Positions 1 through 13,257 of a stretch of DNA of 64,000 nt are shown one piece after another. The DNA comes from Octopus vulgaris (Eukaryota): contig OX597829.1 in the NCBI GenBank assembly GCA_951406725.2, positions 19,344,001-19,408,000 of the forward strand, in the 5' to 3' direction. A model generated the notes under the pieces. The model saw only the letters and a list, made by a program, of their open reading frames with translations. It was not told the DNA's origin and searched no databases. The translations under genes and the position numbers were made by a program. The number at the start of each line of letters is the position of its first letter. Position 1 is the stretch's first letter.

Positions 1-29
1 TTAATGTCTTTTTAGTCACTGATGAAGTA

Positions 30-183
30 ATGAATATGTGCGTGTGTGTGTGTATATATATATATATATGCACATGTGTTTGCATATATATATGCATGTA
101 TATATACATATATACTTATATGAATACACACACACACACTTATATATTTATATATCCTACTATTAATTAATACTATATATGTG

Positions 184-234
<51 letters not shown>

Positions 235-295
235 GCATATATATATGCATACATAAATATATACACTTATATATAGATATAAATATTTATTTATG

Positions 296-374
<79 letters not shown>

Positions 375-760
375 TAAGAATAGAAGAATTTTGCGAGCAA
401 GAAGTAGCAGAGGGTGTATTTCAATATGAATTATTATAGTTTTATCGTATTTATTAGAAGCTGAAAACTTTAATAGCTATTACTCGGAGTTACAAGTGTT
501 CAGTAAGAACCACACGCACACACTCATACATATACACAAGTAAATACATGTACACACACATATATACATATGTATGTGTAATATAATAATAATGAAATTA
601 TTGCATATAGTGCTCAGGTGCACTACAACATATATATATACATATATATATATATACATACACACACATATACACACACTCACACACATATATGTATACA
701 TATATGTATGTATGTGTGTATGTATGTTTGTATATATGTGTGTGTGTGTATATATGACCT
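30..760. repeat. Compound (TA)n/(CA)n/(TG)n microsatellites
   Basis: Visible dinucleotide runs. Confidence 0.95.
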
Positions 761-944
761 TTCTTTGTTTTTTAGTGTTATTTATTTATTTATTGTTTTT
801 TTTTTTTATTTTCATGGAAATTAAAATGTGAAAATCAGCCCACCCGGATATACAGCGGATGTTTGTTTCTTTCTTCGTTTGCTGTTGTTGTTGTTGTCAT
901 CGTTGTTGTTTTGCGGTAATTGTTATTGTTTTAATTTTTTTCTT

Positions 945-945
945 C

Positions 946-986
<41 letters not shown>

Positions 987-1440
987 CAATACATGCACAA
1001 ACACTCACAAACACACACAAATGCATGCACAGACTCACAAACACACACACACATACAAACAAACAGACAAATACACACGTATGTGCACACACACACACAC
1101 ACACATGCATACACACACGCATACAAACACACACATGCATACACACACGCATACAAACACACACATGCATACAAATGCACACTCGCGCACACAAATACAC
1201 ACACACACACACACATATACAAACACACAGACAAATGCACACATATGTGCACACACACACACACATAAATGTGCACACACACACACATAAATGTGCACAC
1301 ACACATGCATACACGCACACATACAAACACACACATGCATACAAATGCACACTCACGCACACAAATACACACACACGCACACACACACATACACGCGCGC
1401 TCACTCACACACGCACACACACACACTCATACACACACAA
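945..1440. repeat. (CA)n-based minisatellite with repeated ACACACATGCATACA units
   Basis: Visible repeat. Confidence 0.9.
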
Positions 1441-1879
1441 GAATAAATGGAATATTGATTTCTATGATAACCAGAAATTTTGGTGATGGGCACAATTCTA
1501 TTACTGCCACCTCCACCGCCGCTGCCACCACCTCCACCACAGTCAGCACCACTACTACCAACACCACCACCACCACCCCCCACCACCACCACCACTGCCA
1601 CTGTCATTGTCATTGTTTTATTGATTCCAGGAGGTGAATGGAATGTAAAGTTTACTCTGATGCGATTTGAACCCAGAACAAAAAGAGATAAGACTAAATA
1701 TGACAGGTCGAATATTTTCTTTCTGTTTTTTGTTGTTTCTCCTTTGTTTATTTTTGGGGGGGGGGATCTGCTGCTCTGTTTTGCCAATCCTTTCATTCTC
1801 CCCTTTTAAATGGAATAGTGTTGCAACTAAAAGAGAGAAAAAAATGGGAAAAAAAAAAGAAGAAAAAACAGTGATGGAT

Positions 1880-2275
1880 AGTGTGTGTGTATGTGCGTGT
1901 GTGTATGTTTGTGTATGTGTGTATGTGTATGTGTATTTTGTACATGTGTATTGTGTGAGTTTGTATTGTGTGTGTGTGTGTGTGTGTGTGCACGTGTGTA
2001 TTGTGTAGATTTGCATAGTGTGTGTGTGTGTATGTGTGTTTGTATCGTGTGTATGTGTGTACATTGTGTGTTTGAATTGTGTTTTTATTATGTGTGTGTG
2101 TGTGTGCATGTGTATTGTGTGCATTTGTAGCATGTATATTGTGTGTTTGTATTGTGTGCGTGCACACATGTATGTATGTGTGTTTGAATGTGTAAAAGAA
2201 TTGGAGAGAAACAGAGGAGGAAATGGAAAAGAAAGACAAGAAAGGAAGGAACGGTAAAGAGATATTGAGAAAGAA

Positions 2276-2324
<49 letters not shown>

Positions 2325-2779
2325 AAGAGAAAGTGAGTGAAAGTAAAGAAAAGAAAATGGGGGAAAAAAAAATACCAAGAGAAGATGGAAGCAAGAGAAA
2401 GAGGTATTGAAATTGTGGAATAGATAGAGAATAATTATAAAATTGTCATAGCATAACGCCTTTATTTCGCTAGCCAGAAAAAAAAAAACAAAAAAAAAAG
2501 GAAAATTGAAACTAGGTCAAATTCATTTACATAGTTCTGAAAGATCAAACTACCTGATTGATTCTGTATTAGAATTGTATCTCAGAAAGTCCAAATTTGT
2601 ACCCATAAATTAGCACAAAAAAAGAGGAGGAGGAGGAGAAGAAAAGAAGAAGAAGAAGAAGAAGAAGAAGAAGAAGAAGAAGAAGAAGAAGAAGAAGAAG
2701 AAGAAGACGTTGTACAAATTGAGCTTTTATTAAAATCTGTTGAATGAGTTTCATTATAACAACGAAAACAATAATGGTT

Positions 2780-2823
<44 letters not shown>

Positions 2824-2830
2824 AATGGTT
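1880..2830. repeat. Cluster of (TG)n, (GA)n, (GAA)n and (GAT)n simple repeats
   Basis: Visible runs at 1880-2190, 2279-2320, 2636-2706 and 2780-2824. Confidence 0.9.
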
Positions 2831-2976
2831 CTTTATTTGCCACAAGGTCAATGGATGAGGTAGACAATGCTAAGACTGACATGAAGAATTAACACAGAAT
2901 GGAATGATTTCAAAAAAGAAAGGAAGAACAAACGGTATACAGTATTAACAAAAGAAGTAATGAGTGCAAGAATACA

Positions 2977-3105
2977 GGCACAGGTGTGGCTGTGTGATAG
3001 GAAGTTTCCTACCCATGGCTGTGGGTTCAGTCCCACTGCATGGCACCTTGGGCAAGTGTCTTCTATTATAGCCTTGGGCCAACCAAAGCCTTATGAGTGG
3101 ATTTC
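2977..3105 (+). mobile_element. tRNA-derived SINE, family A (CORE-like), 5' part
   Basis: A box TGGCTGTGTG, B box GGTTCAGTCCC, then CACCTTGGGCAAGTGTCTTCT. Many copies in the window. Confidence 0.8.
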
Positions 3106-3370
3106 ACCATCATTATCATCATCATTTAACGTCTGCTTTCCATGCTGGCATGGGTTGGAAGGTTTAACTAAAAATTGGTAAGCCGGGGAGCTGCACCAGA
3201 TTCCAATCTGATTTGGCTTGGATTCTACAGCTGGATGCCCTTCCTAGTGCCAACCACTTTATAGTGTCTGCTGAGTGCTAGAGCTGGGAAGCTGGAGAGC
3301 TGCACAAGGTTCCAATCTGATTTGGCAAGGTTTCTACAGCTGGATGCTCCTCCCAACACTAACCACTCCG
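3106..3370 (-). mobile_element. (GAT)n-tailed RTE-type 3' end/SINE with an internal 109-bp duplication
   Basis: Reverse complement of ...CCCATGCCAGCATGGAAAGCAGACGTTAAATGATGATG. Contains two units like those of the 28511 array. Confidence 0.75.
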
Positions 3371-4739
3371 TTGATTGGTGGTTATGGGTGACATGTCACA
3401 ATACCAGATATCAATTATGTAACAATATCATGCTATATCATTTTACTGAAGTGGTGATTGTATAAGTGTATGAAGGTTGTTGTTATATTAACAGAAGGTG
3501 ATTGTGTTGGATGTGTTGAGTTTGGTTGTCTCACATTATTGAATTAGTGATTACATTTTCTATGCATTTGGTGAGTTGCTGCAGGTGTAGAGGATGTTTT
3601 ACGGTATTAGTTGTTGATTATGTAGAGGAGTATCATATTGTTGTATACTTTTATTGGATAGTAAATATGTGTTGCATGAATTGTGTTACTTGTTCCATAG
3701 AAAGGGAAATATCATGTACAGAATTTAGGCTGCATGCTGCATGACTATTTTTTTTAGACTATATGGGTTTTTGTTAGGTTTTAATTATAGGTTTTGTTGT
3801 TCATGTTGTTTTTTAGCATAACTAGTGCTCCAGTTACACTGTGTAACACGATTTTTATCCTTAGGTAGCAACTGTTACATCCTATATGACAGTATGAAAA
3901 ATAGTCAATATTTCCTTCAGACTTTGTTTTTGTCACATTTATTCAAAACCCCAAAGAATCCCTCTTAACACGTAGTTGTGATGTCTCCCCCCCCCCCACT
4001 ACTCCTGCTCATCATCAAAAATGCACATATTGTCAACCACCAAAGGATAAAGTGGTTAATGTCAAGCAACTTACAAACAAATCTGTGATATTAAGCAGAA
4101 TATTTGCTATAACGATATTTCTGCTTCAGCAACTCAGTTGAATCTGTTTGAAATGTAATGGAAAATAAGTTAATTTGAAAACATTGATGTCTAGGTGGTA
4201 AAAGCAAAGTTTGAAGGGAATAGTAGTCATTTCCTTTGATTTCTACATAGAAGTAAATAAGAAATATTTCTCAATGACCAAAGACACGAAAATAATTAAA
4301 ATTTTCTGTTTTTTTACTTACATGAAATGCATTTCCTTTTCAAGGATTTTGTAGTTTTAGTAATTTCTTAACTTCTTTCTGGCCAATGTTTCATCGAAAA
4401 GAAACAAAGATTTGTTTCAGAGAGCAGACTTTCATCCCTTTCTTTGATAACAATATCTGGTAGGTTGATTGTCTTGACAGTCATGCCTCAAATTAACACA
4501 GCCAAATCATTGTCACATCACTTTATCATGTAAACTGGCCAAATAAGGCCCAAATATTCTACCTGCTTTATGTCCTTGCTGGCCTGATTGGACCTCTTGC
4601 ACCTACCCTACAATGTTATTTTAAAAGTAAACAATCACATCTCTTGTATCTTGAAGCTGCAACAGGATAATGCATGATTACTTAAAAACAATGTGGATAA
4701 ATAAGCTTTACATTAGACAGAATAATTTGAATGTGAAAT

Positions 4740-5060
4740 GGTTACATACACACACACACACACACATGCACATGCACACACATACACACACACACATGCA
4801 CACACATACACACACACACACACATTCATACACACTCACAGATATACACATACATTCATACACACTCACAGATATACACACACATACATGCATATATACA
4901 CACATATACATACATATATACTTACCTACCTACCTACATACCTACATACATACATACATACATACATACATACATACATACATACATACATACATACATA
5001 CATACATACATACATACATACATACATACATACATGGATGCATGCATCCATGCATACATA
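4740..5060. repeat. (CA)n and (TACA)n microsatellite
   Basis: Visible repeat. Confidence 0.95.
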
Positions 5061-5061
5061 C

Positions 5062-5595
5062 AATTTACAATGCAATCCACCAAAAAGACTGCCTGAAATA
5101 AACTTAGAAAACCCCTCTGTTATGGAATACATTCATAAACACAAACTCAAGGAATACTGGTGGAATATTCCCATTAAAATTTCTGTCAAATGTAAACATA
5201 ACAGGCCACATATTGTTGTTTGGGGCAGAGGAGCAAAGGTATGCACCATCATAGAGGTTAGCTGCCCTGCAGATATAAATATCTCTTTGAAAATCAAAGA
5301 AAAAAAGAGGATATCTATGGACAACTACTTTGAAACCCCCAGCTTCTATATCCATACCATGAATTCATATTCATACCAATAATAATTGGAGCATTAGGTT
5401 TTGTTAGTAAATGCTTAAAGGAGAATCTGGATGGATTGGGATTTTCAGAAAGAGAGATCGACCGGCTAATTTGTACATTACAAGTGCAATCTTGTCTGTG
5501 TTAATTACATCCCATAGATGGAGCCTTGTATCTTTGTTGGAAACCGGCTCCCTCCTCAGTTAAAGATTTATAATAATTAAAAAATAGAAGAGACA
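5062..5595 (+). mobile_element. 3' fragment of a restriction-like-endonuclease non-LTR retrotransposon (R4/Dong-like), degenerate
   Basis: Translation WWNIPIKISVKCKHNRPHIVVWGRGAKVCTIIEVSCP...FIPIIIGALG resembles the HNRPD...IEV-C-P restriction-like endonuclease motif. Flanked by (CATA)n on both sides. Confidence 0.75.
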
Positions 5596-6042
5596 TACAC
5601 ACACACACACACACACACATCCACCCATTCATCCATCCATCCATCCATCCATCCATACATACATACATACATACATACATACATACATACATACATACAT
5701 ACATACATACATACATACATACATACATACATACATAGGTACATGCATATATATAAATCTTTTCTTTAATTGCTATGGCAATCATTGAACTGCAGCCATT
5801 CTGGAGATATACTCTGAAGGGTTATAGTTGAACTAATTAACACCATACTTATACTTTTTTTTTAAGCCTGATACTTACTCCATCGATCTCTTTTGCCAAA
5901 GTACTGCTAAGTTACAGGGCCATAAACAAAAAAACGCCATCTGCCAAGCACTGGTGGGAGTGAGGAGGGACACATACAGACATGCAGAAAGACATATGTA
6001 TATGTGTGTATGTGTATGTGTATGTGTATATGTGTATATATA

Positions 6043-6125
<83 letters not shown>

Positions 6126-6127
6126 AG

Positions 6128-6460
6128 GTCTCACTGAGGCAATGACTAGTGACCGAGACCTTTGGAAGTATGCTGTGCGTAAGAAGACCCAGCAGGACAA
6201 GTGAGACCATAACCCGTGGCCTCTACCTGGGATGTAGCCAGTCCACTTATGCATACCTTTCCTTCTTGGGACACAAAACTCTGCTTGCGAAGACCTGTTG
6301 AGGCAAGTGAAATCGAAATCGATCAAAAAATCAATGGAAATTGTAGTTGTGATACCAGTACTGGTGGCACGTAAAAGAACCATCTGAATGTGGCTGTTGC
6401 AGCGCTACCTCGACTGGCCTCCTGACGTTAAATGATGATGATGATGATGATGATGATGAT
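6128..6460 (+). mobile_element. RTE-type LINE 3' end ([20 protein letters not shown]) plus 3' UTR and (GAT)n tail
   Basis: DR..W C-terminal motif typical of RTE-clade ORFs, followed by ACGTTAAATGATGATGAT. Confidence 0.7.
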
Positions 6461-6872
6461 AGATATAGATATATAATGCAGACACAAACACATGCACACA
6501 TATTCATGCGACAGGCTTCTTTCAGTTTCTCCCTACCAAATTCATTATCAAAGACACTTTCCCAAAGTGTCATGCAGTGGAACTGAACCTAAAACCATAT
6601 GGTTGTGAAGCAAAATTCTTAGCACACAGCCATGCTTCTACCTACACATATGCACACACACACACACACACACACACACAATGGACTTCATTTACCAAAT
6701 TCCACTAACAAAGTATTACATAACACAACATTAGAAGATGTTTACCAAATGTATCATGCTATGATCTACATTCTTAACTGGACATCTCCATCTGCAATAG
6801 TCATGACAAGAGATACACTACAGTCAGACATATGTGCAACAAGGCTCTGGGAATTCTAAGACAAAGCACTTT

Positions 6873-7086
6873 CACCCTTTAGCATTCAGATTTCTTTGTC
6901 AAATGTAATGCTTGTTTATTCACATTGCTTTGAATTAATCAAGCGTTATCTCATAGCTTCAAGATTTTCAATGGTGTGTTTCTATATTTTTAAACTGACA
7001 TTATAGGGTAGGATCTGGTCAGTTTTAACATAAAACAAGTAAAACATTTGGGTTGGACACTGCCAGATTAAATGCTAAAGGGTTAA
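6873..7086. mobile_element. piggyBac-like MITE (TIR CCCTTTAGCATT, TTAA flank)
   Basis: ACCCTTTAGCATT...AATGCTAAAGGGTTAA. Relatives at 4490-4740, 10880-11304 and 16695-17340. Confidence 0.7.
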
Positions 7087-8289
7087 TACTTGTAATGCAA
7101 ACTTTAAAAAAAAATTCCAGCTAAGAACTTGCTTTCAATTACTTACAACCAAAAAACCAAATCAACTTTGCCTTTACTCGGAGAAAAAAGTAGCTAAATG
7201 GTTAAGAACAAAAAGTCTAAATCTATTTCAATAGAAATGAAACTCAAGTAGCACTGACACCACTAAAAACAGATTTGTGGAAATCAATACAAAGCACTAC
7301 CAAATAAAAGATTAAGGTAACAATTTTTTTTATAAATAAACTACTAAATAAAGGACACCTTGGAACAAAAGAGAGATGGAAGTAGGGACCTGAAGAAATT
7401 AAGCAAACTGTTAAGAGTGCAGGTTAACCAAAATGGAGATAGTCTGAGTTAATTAATATCGGATGAGAAGGTGTTTAAAATAGTGTATTTGGGAAAATAA
7501 AAGTGATAACATTATAAGCAAAATTTTTTTTTTTTTAGTCTTTTAAGATTATAATTTCAACTTCACTCAATGAATGTCAACCATAAATATTAGATGGTGG
7601 ATATGATATTAGAGTTTTTGAAATGAAATATAATAGAAAGTTTTTCAATATCTCTATCTATTTCTCTCTCTCTCTCTTTCCATTTTCTTTCCATCTGAAG
7701 TAACATAGCAGTTTGGCAAAAGAGATTGACAGAATAAGTACCAGGCTGAAAAATAAATCCTGGTGTCAATTTGTTTGACTAAAACCATTCAAAGTGGTGT
7801 CCCAGTATGGCCGCAGTCCAATGACTGAAACGAGGAACAGGTAAAAGATAAATGCAAGGTACCATCTTGGAACTTGATAATCTTGAAAGAACGGTTCATC
7901 CTCTCTGGCAGCAATCTCTAAACTTTTTTTTTCTTTTGCACCACAGACTGGTTTCATGCTAGACAATTTTCCCATGGGCCAGGGAGATCACACATGCTTA
8001 ACAAAACACAATAAAAATGCATAATATATAATTCAATCCATCTTGAAAAGGTCATGGACAGCAACGAAAGAATTTTGATTAAAAAACAAGCAACTAATTG
8101 ATTGTTTAAACAACACATTAAACTAATGATCAATTAGTTAGTCGATTAGATATTCAACAAATTGACTAATAATAAATAAAAAAGTAGAAATGAACCTGTG
8201 AGTGTGTTATTACTATTGCTGTAATGATTCTCTCAAGACATAACAATATGTTATTTAACTATTACATATATAATACATAAAAGTAGACT

Positions 8290-8755
8290 ACTGCAAAGTT
8301 CCTGGCTTTGGGTAAAAGAAAATACAGGAGGATCAGTTAATTATGATTTCATTCACCATATTATTCCCCTGTCAGATTCACACACTTGTTGCAGTGGTCC
8401 TTCAGTTTTCCTGAACCCTGTAAAAGAACTCAGAAGGTTGGGTCTCCAACCAAGTCTTCTGTAACACCCTTAAAGTCAGGAACTTTTCAGCATCCCCTTG
8501 TACACACACACACACACACACACACATACATGTATACATATATATGAGGTGCTGAAAAAGTTCCTGGCTTTGGGTTAAAGAAAATACAAGAGGATCAGTT
8601 AACTATGATTGTATTCAACATATTCCTCTCTCAGATTCACATACTTATTGCTGTGATCTTTCAATTTTTCTATGCTTTGTAAAAGAACCCAGGTGTTTGG
8701 GCCTCCAACCAAGTCTTTCACGATACCCTTAAAACCAGGAACTTTTCAGCACCGT
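8290..8755. mobile_element. Two adjacent ~210-bp Tc1/mariner-type MITEs (TIR GGTGCTGAAAAGTTCCTGGCTTT)
   Basis: Each copy has terminal inverted repeats GAAAAGTTCCTGGCTTT / AAAGTCAGGAACTTTTCAGCA. A third copy lies at 9690-9908. Confidence 0.75.
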
Positions 8756-8769
8756 TCCCACACCTCATG

Positions 8770-8803
<34 letters not shown>

Positions 8804-9199
8804 TACATATACATATATATGAAGAAAATAAGACAAGGTAGAAAATGCTAAAATGCAGTAGCCAAGGAAGGAGGAGACAAAGAAGAAGAAGGTGTAGGAA
8901 GAGAAGAGAAAGAATAAGAAAAATACAGGTGTGTATGACAATAGTAGGATGCTTAAATGGTCAAGTGACCTAAAAGCCACCTGTGGTGGTTATAATAGTA
9001 GTGACTGGAATTGTTCTGAATAAATTCATGGTTAGTGACTGTTCTGAATATATTGTTTTTAATATCTGTGTGGGTATTATTCTAAGGCCCTTGTGGTAGT
9101 GCCATTTGTGGTGGACGCATTCAAAAGGGTTTATATTTTGTGATAAAATGTGACTTTTTGCTAATGCGCTGATTGTAGGTTGCATCGTCTCTGAATTTG

Positions 9200-9625
9200 T
9201 AGAGGGGGGAAAATTCTGAAGCTGGGTTGTTTGTTAGTGGCATAAATGTCCATAAGTTTGCTAAATGCTATTTTTCTGTATTCCAGAATTTTAATCTGGG
9301 ATCTATGTAGAGTCATCCTTTGAAATAGACTGTTTCTGGTGCCACCTATGTATTGCTCTCGACACGCTGAGCAAGTTGATACATATATTAGGTTTTCTAA
9401 AGCACATATGAAGTTGTTTTACACTGTAAAATGTTGACCCTGTTTGAAAGAGAATTCTGATCCCTCAATTAGGTTGACAGTTAAGTCTTCCATTTTTTTT
9501 TTACTGACGGCTTTAATGTTGTCGTCAAGTGTACTTGAGCTTGTGTTAGGAGACTTTTTATAGATTTGGGTTGTCTTTTGCTCTTTATAATGGTGTGCAT
9601 TTGGAAGATTAAATTCATTTTTAGT
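9200..9625 (-). mobile_element. Penelope-like element GIY-YIG endonuclease fragment (pseudogenised)
   Basis: Minus-strand translation NLIEGSEFSFKQGQHFTV*NNFICALENLIYVSTCSACREQYIGGTRNSLFQRMTLHRSQI shows the N-x-IY...C-x2-C...YIG-x-T...R-x3-H signature. Confidence 0.85.
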
Positions 9626-9689
9626 AGAGGAACACACACACACACTCACATATATATATACATACACACACACACATATATATATATAT

Positions 9690-9908
9690 ACAAGGGCATG
9701 CTGAAAAGTTCCTGGCTTTGAATAAAAGAAAATACAAGAGGATCAGTAAATTATGATTTTATTCAACATATTCCCCTCTCAAATTCACACACTTATTGCA
9801 GCAGTCTTTCAGTCTTTCTAAGCCCTGTAAAAGAACTTGGAAGTTTGGACCCCCAGCCAGGCTTTTCATGATACCCTTTTAAGCCAGGAACTTTTAAGCA
9901 CCCCCTTA
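9690..9908. mobile_element. Tc1/mariner-type MITE, third copy
   Basis: Same TIR and body as 8290-8755, with TA at the ends. Confidence 0.75.
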
Positions 9909-10409
9909 CATATAATACAAAACTGCTCTACAGACTACAATAGTTTATAAAATAAAGATGAAATATAAAAATGTATCTTTCTGTGTGACCTAGTACAAAA
10001 TGATCTACAGCTTGATGTTTCAGGACCTCTGTTTTATAGTCTAACAATGCAGGCCTATGATCAAAGGCTGTCTAACCAGGACCATCCTGTGTTTTTAGGA
10101 TTATCTGAAAATATATTAAACAATGTGTCCTTATTTTCAAGTATGATTTAAGGAAGATTTCTCTGGCTGAGCCAGTGTGTAATTACAATCTCTCCAACTT
10201 GAAAGAAATTAAGACTTTCAGACTGAATAAGTTAAGGCAATTTAGTCGTGTGTTAAGATGCTGAATAAGGTCAAGATTATCAATGAATTCACTGAACAAT
10301 TTAATGCACCATTAACTCACCTAAAGCTATTCTCATTATCACTGCTCTCTTCACTGGTAATTAATTGTGGTGTAGTGACTGTAATGGCTGTTTGTGATAC
10401 GGTAGTTAC

Positions 10410-11410
10410 AATAGTGCAGTTAGAGAATTCAGTTCAAATTGTTAGGTCATGAGTTTGATTCCTGGTGATATATTGTGACTTTGAGCAAGACACTTTATTT
10501 CACATTGGTCCAGTCCACTCAGATGGCAAAAATTATTTGTACCTGTATTTCAAAGGGCCCAGCCTTGTCACACTATGTCTCATGCTGAATCTCCCTGAGA
10601 ACTACATCAAAGTTACACATTAATTTCACAAGCAGGCTGTTTGGTCAATCATATCAACTGGAACCCCCTTTGTGAAGATGCATGGCTTAATGGTTAGGGG
10701 TATTAGGCCCATGCTTGTTAGGTCCTGAGTTTGATACTTGGCAACACATTGCATCCTTGAGCAAGACTCTTTATTTCACATTGCTCCAGTCTACTCAGCT
10801 GGCAAAAATGAGTTGTACCTGTATTTCAAAGGGCCAGCCTTGTCACTCTATGTCATGCTGAATCTCCCTGAGAACTTTATTAACCCTTTAGCATTCTGTC
10901 AAATATAAAGCATATTTATTCACATTGTTTTGATTTAATCATGCATTATCTCATAGCCTCAAGATTCCAATGATGTAATTGCTAATTTTTAGAATGACAT
11001 TGTAGGGTAGGTGTGAGAGATTGGATCTGGCTACTTTGAATGTAAACAAGTAGAATGGGTCAGATATGACTGTTTTAACCCTTTAGCATTCAGATTAATC
11101 TGCCAAATGTAATGCTTATTTATTGAATTAATGTTTTGAATTAATCATGCATCATCTCATAGCTTTGATATTTCAATGATGTGATCACTTATTTTTACAA
11201 TGTCATTGTAGGGTAGGTGTGAGAGGCTAGATCTGGTCAGTTTGAACATATAATGGGTGGAATATTTCAATTGGATATAGCTGGTTGAAATACTAAAGGG
11301 TTAACTGCATGTATCTGTAGACTACTCAGCCACTTGCACATTAAGTTTCATGAGCAGGCTGTTCCATTAATCAGATCAACTGGAACCCTCAAATTAGCTG
11401 ACGGAATGGC
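10410..11410 (+). mobile_element. Two tandem family-B tRNA SINEs, the second interrupted by piggyBac-like MITEs at 10880-11304
   Basis: TGGCTTAATGGTTAGGG...CCTTGAGCAAGAC...AATCTCCCTGAGAACT breaks at a TTAA and resumes at 11305 (CTCAGCCACTTGCAC...CAACTGGAACCCTC), collinear with the intact copy at 60252-60578. Confidence 0.75.
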
Positions 11411-11519
11411 AGTTCTCTTCACCAAATTAATAAATATCATAATTCTTCCTACTATAGCAATAAGGCCCAAAATTTTTAAGAAGGGAGCCACTCAATTATA
11501 CCAACCCCCAGTCCTCAAC

Positions 11520-12075
11520 TGGTGCTGTGCTTGAGAAGACCTGGCAAGCCAAGTGAGATTGTAGCCATGGCCTATGCCAGTGTCACATAACTGGCCCATT
11601 TAAGAGTATCCTTCAATTGTTATGCAATATGTTATGCTTCAGAAGACTTGTTGAGTCAAGTGAAATCGTTGTCGTAGCCGATGCCAGTACTGCTTGACTG
11701 GCACCCATGCCAGTCGCATGTAAAAAAGCACCATTTGAGTATGTTTGATGCCAGTGCTGCCTGACTGGCTCCCGTGCCGGTGGAATGTAATAAGCACCAT
11801 TCAAGTGTGGATGATGCCAGTACTGCTTGACTGGCTCCTGTGCCAGTGGCATGTAAAAAAGCACCATTTGAGTGTGGTCGATGCCACCTGACTGCCCCCC
11901 ACCCATGCTGGTGGCACATAAAAAGCATCTACTACACTCTTGGAATGGTTGGCATTAGGAAGTGTATCCAGATCAGATTGGAGCCTAGTGTAGCCTCCTA
12001 GCTTACCAGTCCTCAGTCAAACCATTCAATTCATGCCAGCATGGAAGCTGACATTAAATGATGATGATGATGATA
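11520..12075 (+). mobile_element. RTE 3'-UTR-type repeat with internal ~55-bp tandem units and (GAT)n tail
   Basis: Repeated GATGCCAGT.CTGC.TGACTGGC...AAAAAGCACCATT units, then the common 3' tail. Confidence 0.75.
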
Positions 12076-12229
12076 ACAGTGAAAGATCAGCTGAATTTGA
12101 ACTCAAAACATAAAGGCCAGAAGGAATACTGCCAAGCAATTTGTCTCCCAGTTGTGCCAGTTAGCTGTCTTCAGTAAATGTCATAATAACAAATAATGAC
12201 CAGAGATATGATAGCAGAGAATTTCTGTC

Positions 12230-12640
12230 AGCTAACACACAAGGTTTTAATAGAACTGGGCACCACTGCATAGTGCCAAGGACTCCAAATTTGCCATCAA
12301 GATGTAGGACAAGATACTGCAACAGCCTGGGCTTCAGAGGCCCACAGCTCTTCAATAACCTCCTGAAGGACCTGAAAGACCTGCATGGGATGAATGTAGG
12401 TGTCTTCAAAATAAAGCTGAACCTCTTCCTGTCAGGTGTCCCAGATGAACCAACTTCGCGGCAGGAGGTGCAGATGAGGGCAGCTGCATCAAACTCTCTC
12501 ATGCACCAAATGTCAATAGCTAAAAAGCATTCGTGAAGTAAAATTATGTAGCAACACCAAATGGCGGTGCCCCAGCATGGCCACAGCTCGTGAGCTGAAA
12601 CCAGATGAAATAAAATAAATAAATAAATAAATAAATAAAA
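12230..12640 (+). mobile_element. CR1/L2-group LINE 3' end with (TAAA)n tail
   Basis: ORF end NSLGFRGPQLFNNLLKDL...VFKIKLNLFLSGVPDEP matches the (W/F)N-x-LP...FK-x2-L C-terminal pattern of CR1/L2/Jockey-group ORF2. Confidence 0.75.
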
Positions 12641-13257
12641 ATATTACAGTAGGATTCTCCTGACTCCCACACATCCCACCAAAATTGGAGTACTCTAACT
12701 GTGGTAGGGCTGCATTGCTTGCCAAAAGCAGTTGAAAAGTTGGGTCTTCTAAGAAGCATTCATAGATAATGCCAGAAAAGTGCAATTAACAGCATATTGT
12801 TTAGTACTGTGGATAACGGAAAATACCTGCCTAAAGAGCTGCCATCCTTATATGGGAAAGATTGAGTGAGACATGGGTGTCTATTTAAGTGGGTATGTGT
12901 AGGTGTGGTTAACCATAACAACAACAACAATCACCACAACTACCACCACCATCACCACCGTCACCATCACAGCCACAACCCTGACCACCACCATCACCAC
13001 AATGGTAGTATATGGCAGTGTAGCATGAGAAAGAAATCTTGTTTTTTTTTAAAATTTTTTTACTCATTTCAGTCACTGAACTGTGACAAAAGAGCAATCC
13101 CAGTACTTTTGCTTTAAAGTCTGGTAATTACTCTGTTGGGTCTCTTTTGCTGAACCATGAAGTTACGGAAACATAAACAAACCAACACTGGTTGTCAATT
13201 GGTGAGTGGGGATAAACACAAACACACAGATATATATATATATATATATATATGACT

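Noticed and set aside
1480-1809. Proline-rich ORF with hydrophobic segments
   Set aside because: Built from a (CCA/CCG)n repeat plus a decayed SINE; no credible homology.
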